Below are positions 7,614 to 15,785 of a stretch of 48,843 nt of DNA, piece by piece. Numbering within the stretch: position 1 is the stretch's first letter; each line of letters starts with the position of its first letter. The stretch comes from Actinomycetota bacterium. GTDB lineage: Bacteria; Actinomycetota; Thermoleophilia; Gaiellales; F1-60-MAGs149. The notes below the pieces were generated by a model, which saw only the letters and a list, made by a program, of their open reading frames with translations, did not search any database and had not been told where the DNA came from. The position numbers and the translations under genes are program-made. The stretch spans positions 1 to 48,843 of the forward strand of contig CANJXE010000001.1 in assembly GCA_947478745.1 (NCBI GenBank). Direction: 5' to 3'.

Positions 7614-7765
7614 GCAGATCGCGAATCGACGCCGTCGGGCCGAATGTTGCCGTTGTGTTGGGCTCAAGCCAAATCCCGGTACCGAATATGCGGAATTCGT
7701 TAGGACTCCGGCAGGATTCCCGACGGGAGGTAGCGGTAGCGGCGCAGACGCGGAACTCTCCAAGC

Positions 7766-8719
7766 ATGACGGCAACAGCAGCACCCAAGACCAAGCGCCC
7801 TGCCCGTACCCTTCGCCTCGTTGAGCCCGACGCGGTGTTCGATGCGCCGGCGGCGGTTGAGACCATCGACGACTCGTTCGACGAGACCCCCGAGGTCGAC
7901 CTCCTGTTCACCTACGTGCGCCAGATCGGCGACGGTCGCCTGCTGACTGCAGGCGAGGAGGCCGCCCTGGCGCGCCGCAAGGACGCGGGGGACATGCGCG
8001 CCAAGCAGGAGCTGATCGAGCGGAACCTGCGCCTCGTGATGTCGATCGCCCGCCCGTACAGCGCCGCCTCGGGCGTGCCGCTGCTGGACCTGATCCAGGA
8101 GGGCAACGTCGGCCTGATGCGCGCCGTCGAGAAGTTCGACCACACGAAGGGCTTCAAGCTCTCGACCTACGCCACGTGGTGGATCAAGCAGGCGATCAGC
8201 CGCGCGATCGCCGATCAGGGCCGCACCATCCGCCTGCCCGTCCACGTCGTCGACAACCTCAAGCGCCTGCGCAAGGCCGAGCGTCGGCTCCGTCAGGAGC
8301 TGGATCGCCCGGCGACGCCGGAGGAGCTCGCCGCCGCCACGGGGCTCGGGATCAAGAAGGTCACCGCGCTGCTCGACATCGTCGAGGATCCGGTGTCGCT
8401 CGACGTCAGCGTCGGCGACGGTGATTCGGACATCGCCGACCTCGTGGAGGACCCCAACGCGGTTCGCCCGGACGAGGCCCTCACCGGCGGGAGCTTCACG
8501 AGCGAGCTGCAGAGCGCGCTCGATCAGCTCCACGAGCAGGAGCGTCAGGTCGTCGAGCTCCGCTACGGCCTCGACGGCAACGGCACCCGAACGCTCGATC
8601 AGGTCAGCTCCGAGCTGGGCTGCACGAGGGAGCGTGTGCGTCAGGTCGAGGGTCGGGCGCTGAGCGCCCTGGCCAAGGCCAACCCCGATCTTCGCGAGTA
8701 TCTGGCGCTGAGCGCCTGA
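7766..8719 (+). CDS. RNA polymerase sigma-70 family factor, RpoD/SigA-like (group 1/2)
   Basis: RpoD-box [29 protein letters not shown], region 2 [16 protein letters not shown]...[17 protein letters not shown] and region 4.2 [24 protein letters not shown]. Start set at ATG 7766 because in-frame codons 7613-7765 have low GC3. Confidence 0.85.
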   Translation: MTATAAPKTKRPARTLRLVEPDAVFDAPAAVETIDDSFDETPEVDLLFTYVRQIGDGRLLTAGEEAALARRKDAGDMRAKQELIERNLRLVMSIARPYSAASGVPLLDLIQEGNVGLMRAVEKFDHTKGFKLSTYATWWIKQAISRAIADQGRTIRLPVHVVDNLKRLRKAERRLRQELDRPATPEELAAATGLGIKKVTALLDIVEDPVSLDVSVGDGDSDIADLVEDPNAVRPDEALTGGSFTSELQSALDQLHEQERQVVELRYGLDGNGTRTLDQVSSELGCTRERVRQVEGRALSALAKANPDLREYLALSA

Positions 8720-8726
8720 CCCGCGG

Positions 8727-8759
8727 ACCGTGTCGCCGTCAACGCGACGGCGACACGGT
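8727..8759 (+). terminator. Perfect 14-bp hairpin after the sigma gene
   Basis: accgtgtcgccgtc-aacgc-gacggcgacacggt, beginning 8 nt after the TGA (8717-8719). Confidence 0.45.
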
Positions 8760-8781
8760 CACGCGACGTAGAATCAGACCT

Positions 8782-10656
8782 GTGAGCAACCCCCCTGAGC
8801 GGATGCGGGTCTACCGCTTCGAGGAGCCGGTCCGGAACAGCCTCGGGCCAAAGCGCCCTGCCAAGCGCAAGCGGCGCCGTCGCCTCCCGATCGTGATCGC
8901 GCTGGTCGTCCTCGTGGCGCTCGGCGCCGTCGTCGGCGGCGCCCTGTACCTCGGGCGCGACACCGGGGCCACGATTCCCGTCGGCACTGAGATCGACGGG
9001 GTCGACGTGGGGGACATGACGACGGCCCAGGCCAAGGCCGCGGTGCGCGTCCACGGCGCGCAGCTCGTGGCGCGCGGTGTCGTGCTGGTGGCCGGTGGCA
9101 ACCGCTTCGAGTTCGATCCGGCCGCGATCAAGCTGCGGCCCAACGCGCAGGTGGCCGTCAAGGCGGCGCAGGACGACTCGACGTTCCTCGAGCGGCTGTC
9201 GGGCCGGCTGGGCTTCGGCGCCACGCACGAGATCCCGCTGACGTACCTCTACAACCAGCGCGAGCTGTCCCAGGCGCTCCTGCCCGTGCGGCAGGCCACG
9301 ACGGTGGCGCCGCGCAACGCGACGATCATCAAGGACTCCAGCGGGCGCTTCCCGGTTCGTCCCGCGGCAGACGGCAAGCGCCCGAACGTGGGGGATATCC
9401 AGTTGGCGCTGCGCTCGATCGGCACCACGGGTCCCGAGATCCCGGTGACGATCAACGTGTCGCAGCCCGCGATCACCACGGAGGAGGCGCAGGTCGCGGC
9501 CGCGGTCGCGCGTACGTTCGTGAAATCGCCCCACATCGTGACGCTCAACAGCGACCCGCGCCGCGTGCCGCGCAGCGTCGCGCTGCGGGCCACGGAGTTC
9601 ACCACGAGCGATGGCGCGATCGCGTTCGACGTCTCCCGCGCCACGCTGCGAGCGTACTTCAGCGGGGTCTTCCACAAGCGCGAGCGGGCCCCCAAGAACG
9701 CGACGTTCACGACCAACAGCGCCGGCAAGGCGCGCATCATCGGCAGCCGCGATGGGCGCGGGGTGGACGTAGATGCGCTGGCGCTGGTCTGGCAGAAGGC
9801 CCCGTCCGAGCACATCGTGCCGATCACCATCGGCGTCCGGCGCCCGGCGCTGACGTCCGAGAAGGCGCAGAAGATGGGCGTCACCGAGGTCGTCGGGGAG
9901 TTCTTCACGCCCTATACCGGTGGCCCGCGCGTCAGCAACATCCAGCGCGGTGCCGAGATCCTCGACCAGTACATCCTGCCCGCGCACGGGACCTTCTCGC
10001 TCAACAAGGCGCTCGGCGAGCGCACCGAGGGGCGCGGCTTCATTGCGGCGCCGATGATCGGTGAGGGCAACATCCTCAAGGACGCCATCGGCGGCGGCGT
10101 CTCCCAGATCGCGACGACGACCTACAACGCCGCCTTCTTCTCCGGCCTCAAGCTGATCGACCACACGCCGCACTCGTTCTGGATCACCCGCTACCCGACG
10201 GGGCGGGAGGCGACGGTGTCGTGGGGTGGGCCCGAGCTGGTCTTCGAGAACGACTGGGACGCGCCGATCGTGATCCTCACGCACACCGACGAGTCGGGGA
10301 TCACGGTGCGGATGCTGTCCAACCCGCTCGGGCGCAAGGTCACCTCATGGATGGGCAAGCCGTACTCGTACTCGAAGGCGAAGACCGTGCGCATCCGCGA
10401 TCTGTCGCTCGCACCCGGCGAGGTGCACGTGCAGCAGTCCAAGGGCTCGGACGGCTTTCACATCAAGTACGGGCGCCGCGTGTTCAAGGACGGCAAGCTG
10501 ATCTCGAAGGAGGCGTGGCACTGGCGCTACGCACCCGAGGACGCCGTGATCATGATGGGCCCGCGCAAGCCGGTCGGTGGTGGCGGAGCCGCACCGGCGG
10601 ATCCGGCGACGACGACAGCCGATCCGGCGACGACCGACGCCACGACGACGGGGTAG
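8782..10656 (+). CDS. VanW family protein (membrane-anchored, cell-wall associated)
   Basis: N-terminal TM helix LPIVIALVVLVALGAVVGGALYL. The VanW core is FSLNKALGERTEGRGFIAAPMI...GGGVSQIATTTYNAAFFSGL...HSFWITRYPTGREATVSW. The tail is low-complexity ADPATTT/ADPATTD. An alternative ATG lies at 8803. Confidence 0.8.
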   Translation: MSNPPERMRVYRFEEPVRNSLGPKRPAKRKRRRRLPIVIALVVLVALGAVVGGALYLGRDTGATIPVGTEIDGVDVGDMTTAQAKAAVRVHGAQLVARGVVLVAGGNRFEFDPAAIKLRPNAQVAVKAAQDDSTFLERLSGRLGFGATHEIPLTYLYNQRELSQALLPVRQATTVAPRNATIIKDSSGRFPVRPAADGKRPNVGDIQLALRSIGTTGPEIPVTINVSQPAITTEEAQVAAAVARTFVKSPHIVTLNSDPRRVPRSVALRATEFTTSDGAIAFDVSRATLRAYFSGVFHKRERAPKNATFTTNSAGKARIIGSRDGRGVDVDALALVWQKAPSEHIVPITIGVRRPALTSEKAQKMGVTEVVGEFFTPYTGGPRVSNIQRGAEILDQYILPAHGTFSLNKALGERTEGRGFIAAPMIGEGNILKDAIGGGVSQIATTTYNAAFFSGLKLIDHTPHSFWITRYPTGREATVSWGGPELVFENDWDAPIVILTHTDESGITVRMLSNPLGRKVTSWMGKPYSYSKAKTVRIRDLSLAPGEVHVQQSKGSDGFHIKYGRRVFKDGKLISKEAWHWRYAPEDAVIMMGPRKPVGGGGAAPADPATTTADPATTDATTTG

Positions 10657-10689
10657 TCGTCGTCTCGCGGAGCCGTGGCGCTGCGGCGG

Positions 10690-12114
10690 CTACGCGCCGA
10701 GCGGCTGCGTGTGCGGCACGCTGATGCCGGTGCCGTTCACGGCCATGCGGCGGTTCATCGCGCGCTCGGCCGCGCGCTGCAGCGATTCGGACATCGACGG
10801 GGTGACGACGCCGGTGTTGGCGAGCGACTCGACGTTGAGCCCCTCGTTGACGGCCAGCGCCAGCGTGGCGATGTTCTCGGACGCGCGGTAGCCGACGATC
10901 GAGCCGCCGAGCAGCACGCCGGAGGCGGGGTCCGTGATCAGCTTGATCAGCCCCTCGCGCCAGCCGGAGATCACGCCGCGCGGGTTGGAGCCGAGGTAGT
11001 GCTTCGTGATGTCGACCTCGCGGCCCTCGCGGGCGGCCATCGACTCGGTCATGCCGACCGTGGCCACCTCGGGGCGCGTGAAGATCGTCCAGGCCACGTT
11101 CTTGAGGTTGAGCGCGTCCTCATCGACCCCGCAGGCGAACAGCGCCGCATGGCGGCCCTGCATGGCGCCGGTCGAGGCGAGCATCATGCCGCCGGCCACA
11201 TCGCCGGCTGCCGCGATGCCCACGGTGCTGGTGCGCATGTGCTCATCGACGAGGATCGCACCGCGCGCGTCGAGCTCGACGCCGACGTTCTCGAGACCGA
11301 GGTCGGCGGTGTTCGCGCGCTGGCCCATGCAGATGATGGCGTGGGAGCCGCGGAAGACGCGGCCATCCTCGGACGTGACGGTGACGTGGTCCTCGCTGGC
11401 GTCGACCTCGCTGATGCGCGCGTTCATCTGGATCTCGATGCCGCGGGAGAGGAAGCCCTCCTGGATGATCTCGGCGACGTCCTCATCCTCGTTCGGCAGC
11501 ACCTGCGAGCGCGCGGACAGCAGCGTGATCCGGCTGCCGGACGAGGCGTAGAACTCGGCGTACTCGCAGCCCGTCGCGCCGGCGCCGACGACGATCAGGT
11601 GCTCGGGCGTCTCACGCTGATCGAGGACGTCGCGCGTGGTGAAGACGCGGTGGTGGTCCATGTCGGCGAAGGGCGGCAGCCAGGGGCTGGCGCCGGTCGA
11701 GAGCAGGAGGTTGTCGTACTCGACCTCGGTCGTGTAGCCATCGCACTCGACGTGGATCAGGCCGGGGGAGGCGATCCGGCCGCGGCCGTGGATGATCTTG
11801 ACCGTCGTCTCCTCGAGCCGGTCGCGGATGCCGCGCGACTGGTGCGTGGCGACCCAGCGGGCATGGGCGACGGCGCGGAGCATGTCGACGTGGGGCTTGC
11901 CGTGCTCGAAGGACACGCCGGCCTGATCGGCTCGATCGATCGCCGCGAGCACCGTGGCGGTGGAGAGCAGCGTCTTCGACGGGATCGCGTCGGTCAGGGT
12001 GCACGAGCCGCCGAGGCCCGTGTCCTCGATCAGCGTGACCTCGGCGCCGAGGGCTGCTGCGGCCGACGCGGCGGCATAGCCGGCGGGACCGCCTCCGAGG
12101 ATCACGTAGCGCAT
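10690..12114 (-). CDS. Flavoprotein disulfide reductase family protein, LpdA(Rv3303c)-like NAD(P)H oxidoreductase lacking the redox disulfide
   Basis: ATG at 12114 (MRYVILGGGPAGYAAA, FAD GxGxxG) with a second Rossmann motif LIVVGAGATGCEYA. The active-site region reads GGSCTLTDAIPSK (second Cys replaced by Ala), and the C-terminus reads VVTPSMSES in place of HxHPTxSE. Confidence 0.8.
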   Translation of the reverse strand: MRYVILGGGPAGYAAASAAAALGAEVTLIEDTGLGGSCTLTDAIPSKTLLSTATVLAAIDRADQAGVSFEHGKPHVDMLRAVAHARWVATHQSRGIRDRLEETTVKIIHGRGRIASPGLIHVECDGYTTEVEYDNLLLSTGASPWLPPFADMDHHRVFTTRDVLDQRETPEHLIVVGAGATGCEYAEFYASSGSRITLLSARSQVLPNEDEDVAEIIQEGFLSRGIEIQMNARISEVDASEDHVTVTSEDGRVFRGSHAIICMGQRANTADLGLENVGVELDARGAILVDEHMRTSTVGIAAAGDVAGGMMLASTGAMQGRHAALFACGVDEDALNLKNVAWTIFTRPEVATVGMTESMAAREGREVDITKHYLGSNPRGVISGWREGLIKLITDPASGVLLGGSIVGYRASENIATLALAVNEGLNVESLANTGVVTPSMSESLQRAAERAMNRRMAVNGTGISVPHTQPLGA

Positions 12115-12196
12115 GTCCCAAGCGTACCGCGCCCGGAGGCCGCGCCTGCGCGCTTCACCCTCTGCGCTCCGCCGGCACGGCGATTTCCCGGGGTGG

Positions 12197-12219
12197 GGAA
12201 CATGTGCTACGGTCGTTCC
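12197..12219. promoter_or_regulatory. Inverted repeat GGAAC-N13-GTTCC directly upstream of the antitoxin ATG (candidate TA operator)
   Basis: ggaacatgtgctacggtcgttcc ends 1 nt before ATG 12220. Confidence 0.25.
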
Positions 12220-12510
12220 ATGGCCACGCGCATCCCGCTCCGCGAGCTGAAGAACCAGTGCTCGGCGATCGTGCGACGCGCGGAGCAGGGGGAGAGCTTC
12301 GAGGTCACGGTCGACGGTCGGCTGTGCGCCATCCTGACGCCGGCCAAGCCGCCCGGCCCGCAGACGTGGGTGCCTGTGGCAGACGTGCTGCGGATGCTCG
12401 AGGAGACCGACCTCGGCGAGGCCTTCGCCGGGCCACGTCCCGACATGGGTGACGCGCTGGGGGCCGATGACGATCCGTTTGAGCGCCACGCCGAGTGGCT
12501 GGACGGGTGA
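12220..12510 (+). CDS. Type II antitoxin, Phd/YefM family
   Basis: MATRIPLRELKNQCSAIVRRAEQGESFEVTVDGRLCAILTP is a typical Phd/YefM N-terminus. This is the 3'-terminal 96 codons of shadow ORF 10675-12510. An in-frame alternative ATG lies at 12202. Confidence 0.8.
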   Translation: MATRIPLRELKNQCSAIVRRAEQGESFEVTVDGRLCAILTPAKPPGPQTWVPVADVLRMLEETDLGEAFAGPRPDMGDALGADDDPFERHAEWLDG

Positions 12511-12917
12511 CGCGCGCGCTGCTCGATACCTCGGTCCTGCTGCTGCCGCCGGCGCGGCTGGCGGTAGCCACGGCCGGCTACGACGAGCTGGCGATCTCCG
12601 TGGCGACCGTCGGCGAGGTCGAGCACGGGCTCCTGGCGGCCGGTACGGACTGGGAGCTGCGGTTCCGGCGCGACCTCGCGCACCGCACCATGCTGCGGCT
12701 GTTCAAGGTGCTGCCGTTCGACCGCGCAGCAGCCCGCGAGTACGCGAAGGTCTGCGTCCTGGTGCGCCAGCACGGCCGCACGCATCGCCGTCGGGCCGTC
12801 GATCTGATGATCGCCGCGACGGCCAGCGCGCATGCGGTGCCGCTGATCACGGCGAACGCGGAGGATCTCCGCGGCGCCGAGGCGCTCGTCGAGATCATCG
12901 CGGTCAACGCGTCCTGA
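12507..12917 (+). CDS. vapC: Type II toxin VapC (PIN-domain ribonuclease)
   Basis: PIN acidic residues are present: LLDTSVLL, GEVEHG, DLMIAATA and the LITANAEDL block. GTG 12507 overlaps the antitoxin stop (GTGA). An alternative GTG lies at 12495. Confidence 0.85.
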   Translation: MTRALLDTSVLLLPPARLAVATAGYDELAISVATVGEVEHGLLAAGTDWELRFRRDLAHRTMLRLFKVLPFDRAAAREYAKVCVLVRQHGRTHRRRAVDLMIAATASAHAVPLITANAEDLRGAEALVEIIAVNAS

Positions 12918-12963
12918 GACGCCAGGGGGTGGTCGCATCGGCCGCAACCACGTCTAACTTCCC

Positions 12964-12977
12964 ATAATCATGATTAT
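12964..12977. promoter_or_regulatory. Perfect 14-bp AT-rich palindrome ATAATCATGATTAT (candidate operator) upstream of the carbonic anhydrase gene
   Basis: Exact self-complementarity, in the most AT-rich patch of the window (about 12945-12985), 97 nt upstream of ATG 13074. Confidence 0.35.
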
Positions 12978-13073
12978 CAGGCAATGGGGATCGTCGCGAT
13001 CAGGGGGCTAGCCCCGTTGCACCCTGCGCCGGTCTGTGGTGTGGTTCGTGGCAGTCGTCCAAGGAGTTCGTGC

Positions 13074-13883
13074 ATGTCTCGTCAAATCACAATGAGCAGC
13101 GTTGCCATTGGTGCGGCGCTCGTCTTTACTGCCGTCGTCGGGGTCGCCGGCTCGACGGCCGCGACCGGGCAGCCGCGCGCCAGCGCTGGCGCGGCGTGGT
13201 CCTATGAGGGGGCAACCGGTCCCGAGAACTGGGGTCGCCTCGATCCGTCGTACGCGGCGTGTGTCGATGGCAGTGTGCAGTCGCCGATCGATATCGTCGG
13301 CGCCACCGGGAAGGCGATCGCGAACCCGAGGGTGGCATACGAGAACAGCCAGGTGATCGTCGAGAACAACGGGCACACCGTGCAGGCCAACGCGCTGCCG
13401 GGCAGCAGCATCACCGTCAACGGCGTCACGTCGCAACTGCTCCAGATGCACTTCCACGCGCCGGCGGAGAACATGATCGCCGGTCTGCGCGCTCCGGTCG
13501 ACGTCCATTTCGTGCACAAGGCCGCAGACGGCAAGCTGACCGTGATCGGTGTGATGCTGAAGGTCGGCAGCCGGCGCAATGCGGGCTGGCAGCCGATGGT
13601 CCGCGTGCTCCGGCTGTCGAATATCCACACCGCGAGCGAGGCCAGCGAGGCCACGACCACGTTTGACTGGGCCGCGATGCTGCCGAAGGACAGGCGCAGC
13701 TACCGCTTCGCCGGCAGCCTGACGACGCCCGGGTGCACGGAGGGAGTGTCCTGGATCGTGATGAAGCAGCCCGTGCTGCTGAGTGCGGCGCAGATCGCAG
13801 CCTTCACGGGCGCCTACGACAACAACGCACGCCCCGTGCAGCCGATCAACGGCCGGCCGATCACCCTGGATTCCAGCAGCTGA
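13074..13883 (+). CDS. Secreted alpha-class carbonic anhydrase
   Basis: RBS AAGGAG 8 nt upstream. A Sec-type signal peptide (SSVAIGAALVFTAVVGVAGSTAATG) is present. Alpha-CA signatures are WSYEG..GPENW...QSPIDI and the zinc His triad in QMHFHAPAEN...VDVHFVH, plus SLTTPGCTEGVSW. Confidence 0.9.
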   Translation: MSRQITMSSVAIGAALVFTAVVGVAGSTAATGQPRASAGAAWSYEGATGPENWGRLDPSYAACVDGSVQSPIDIVGATGKAIANPRVAYENSQVIVENNGHTVQANALPGSSITVNGVTSQLLQMHFHAPAENMIAGLRAPVDVHFVHKAADGKLTVIGVMLKVGSRRNAGWQPMVRVLRLSNIHTASEASEATTTFDWAAMLPKDRRSYRFAGSLTTPGCTEGVSWIVMKQPVLLSAAQIAAFTGAYDNNARPVQPINGRPITLDSSS

Positions 13884-13902
13884 TGATCCTCGCGGATTCC
13901 GG

Positions 13903-13944
13903 CGGTGGCGGGCTGGCGGCGGAACTCCGCCCGGTCCGCCACCG
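13903..13944 (+). terminator. Nested GC-rich stem-loop between the carbonic anhydrase and tatA-like genes
   Basis: Outer stem cggtggcgg (13903-13911) pairs with ccgccaccg (13936-13944). The inner hairpin is ggcgg-aact-ccgcc (13918-13931). Confidence 0.3.
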
Positions 13945-13963
13945 TCACCGCTAGGATGCGCGC

Positions 13964-14557
13964 ATGGGCAGTCTCTCCCCTTGGCACATCGCGCTCGTCG
14001 TCGTCATCGGCTTCCTGATCTTCGGGGTCGGAGGCAGCAAGAAGCTGTTCCGCAAGGGCGCCGATCGCGTCAAGGACACCGGGTCCGGCATCAAGGGCGC
14101 CGCGCAGGAGCTCCAGACGAGCTTCAACGAGGAGGCCAACACCGATTCCGCTATCTACCAGGCCACGAGGTCCGGCAAGGAGAAGGCGGCCGCCGTCGGC
14201 ACCAGCGCGCTCGACGCCGCCAAGGAGGCGCGCGATGGCGTCGCCTCGCTGACCGACGACGCCAAGTCCTCGGCCGGCGGTGCCGATCCGCAGACCGCTA
14301 TCGGTCGCGCCACGCGTGCCGTCACCGACTCGGCGCGCGATATCCGCGAGGGCGTCACCAACGAGGAGCACGAGCCGCAGTCGACGCTGGGCAAGGCCGC
14401 CAAGACCGCCGGCGACGCAGCCAAGTCGCGTGTTGACATGCTCGGCGATACCGCGACGGCCTTCAAGGAGGGCGTCGAGGGACAGCCGGCGGCCGAGGTC
14501 GAGCCGCCCGCCGCACTGCCGGCACCGGATGCGCCGGCGCCGCCCGAGCAGGCCTAG
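13964..14557 (+). CDS. TatA/TatE-like protein with a long low-complexity C-terminal extension
   Basis: The N-terminus MGSLSPWHIALVVVIGFLIFG..KKL resembles the TatA TM helix plus hinge. The remaining roughly 150 aa are charged and Ala-rich. The match is non-canonical after the FG hinge. Confidence 0.55.
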   Translation: MGSLSPWHIALVVVIGFLIFGVGGSKKLFRKGADRVKDTGSGIKGAAQELQTSFNEEANTDSAIYQATRSGKEKAAAVGTSALDAAKEARDGVASLTDDAKSSAGGADPQTAIGRATRAVTDSARDIREGVTNEEHEPQSTLGKAAKTAGDAAKSRVDMLGDTATAFKEGVEGQPAAEVEPPAALPAPDAPAPPEQA

Positions 14558-14560
14558 CTC

Positions 14561-14743
14561 GTGGACACCGCAGTCCCGCAGGACCGCAAGGCGCTCTTCG
14601 AGATCGCGATGGTGCTGTCGCTGGCCGTCGGGGCGATCGCCGGGGCGATCTTCATCGCGACCTCCCTCCCGCTGCTGACGATCGCCGTCGGCGCCGCGGT
14701 GCTCTTCGCCGTCGGCTTCGTCGTGATCGCGCTGCTGGTCTGA
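14561..14743 (+). CDS. Small two-TM membrane protein (hypothetical)
   Basis: GTG lies 3 nt after the tatA-like stop. GC3 is very high and there are two hydrophobic helices. Confidence 0.5.
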   Translation: MDTAVPQDRKALFEIAMVLSLAVGAIAGAIFIATSLPLLTIAVGAAVLFAVGFVVIALLV

Positions 14744-14750
14744 CGGGGCG

Positions 14751-15785
14751 TCAGGCGCCGAAGCCGGCGGCGAGACCGAGGCCCGTCAGCGGGCTGCCCG
14801 GCAGGCCGGACTCGGCGGTCGTCGCGTTGTAGACACCGGGAGCGACGTCGTTGGGTCCGTCGGCATACCAGAGCGCCGCGAGCTCCTGGATCTGGCGGCG
14901 CCCGATCGCCAGCTCGAACTGGCCTCCGCCGTACAGGTGGAGGCCGCGCTGCTCGCAGTGGTCGATCGCCTCGAGCAGGCGGGCGATCGTGCCGAAGCGG
15001 GACGGTTTGATGTTCATCCAGCCGGTCTGCGGCAGGCGCAGGATGTCTGCGACGGAGTGCACGGGCGCGTCGAAGGCAACCCGTCCCAGCTGACCGTCCA
15101 GCAGTTCGAGGGCGCGATCGTCCGTCGGCGGATCCTCGATCACCGCGTCGGGCAGGCCCGCGAGCACGAGGCTGAGCTGCGTGCGGGCGTCCTCCGGGGA
15201 CAGGCCCCAGGCGTCGCCGTAGTGGGCCTTGATGTCGACCACGCGAACGCGGTCGAGCGAGTGCAGGTGGGCGATGTGCTCCGCGGTCCAGTCCTGTCGC
15301 GCGTCCGACTTGAACTCGAGCGACGGGTCGACTGCGTGCCAGATGTCGGGGCCGAGGTTCGAGGAGACGCAGAAGCGCACCGGTTGGGGCGTGCGCCCGA
15401 GCAGCGTTCCCAGCGTGGTGCCGGCCTGGCGCAGGCCGAGGTCGAGCAGCGCCGATTCGTAGGCCCAGCGTCGATAGTCGGCCGACGTCGCATCGGCCGG
15501 CGTGCCGCTGTGCAGATCGATCGCGTCCAGCGCGCTGCACCACTCGGCCAGCGTGCGCGTGCCGGAGAGGGTGAACGGATGGGCGGCGCGGTGCTGGAGC
15601 TGCTCGGCGGCGACGTAGGCGACGTCCTCGCCCCGTCCCACGTGCCCGTCGCCGTGCAACGCCACGACGGTGGTCAGTCGGGAGAAGCCCGGCGTCTCGA
15701 AGGCGTGCGGCTCGAGCTCGCACGCATCGACGCGAACGTCGAGGTCGGCGAGCGCAGCCGGCAGGTGCGCGGCCGGGGCCTGCAC
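14751..15785 (-). CDS. Divergent enolase-superfamily (MR/MLE/OSBS-like barrel) protein
   Basis: Barrel-like ligand pattern EFKSDARQDW, VIEDPP, VAFDAPV and MNIKPSRFG, followed by LYGGGQFE. The N-terminal capping domain is poorly conserved. Confidence 0.6.
   Translation of the reverse strand: MQAPAAHLPAALADLDVRVDACELEPHAFETPGFSRLTTVVALHGDGHVGRGEDVAYVAAEQLQHRAAHPFTLSGTRTLAEWCSALDAIDLHSGTPADATSADYRRWAYESALLDLGLRQAGTTLGTLLGRTPQPVRFCVSSNLGPDIWHAVDPSLEFKSDARQDWTAEHIAHLHSLDRVRVVDIKAHYGDAWGLSPEDARTQLSLVLAGLPDAVIEDPPTDDRALELLDGQLGRVAFDAPVHSVADILRLPQTGWMNIKPSRFGTIARLLEAIDHCEQRGLHLYGGGQFELAIGRRQIQELAALWYADGPNDVAPGVYNATTAESGLPGSPLTGLGLAAGFGA

Noticed and set aside
7487-7765. Longer N-terminus for the sigma factor, from ORF start 7487 or ATG 7688.
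   Set aside because: The 7487-7613 part overlaps the LysM gene in another frame. The 7613-7765 part has markedly low GC3, unlike every confirmed gene here. ATG 7766 begins the region with coding-like composition.
10560-10656. A 21-nt direct repeat, GATCCGGCGACGAC..., at the 3' end of the VanW gene.
   Set aside because: It simply encodes a low-complexity ADPATTT/ADPATTD tail within a well-supported ORF and is not an independent element.
10675-12510. A 611-aa plus-strand ORF.
   Set aside because: Most of it is antisense to the LpdA-like flavoprotein. Only the last 96 codons (12220-12510), which lie in the intergenic region and match Phd/YefM antitoxins, are real.
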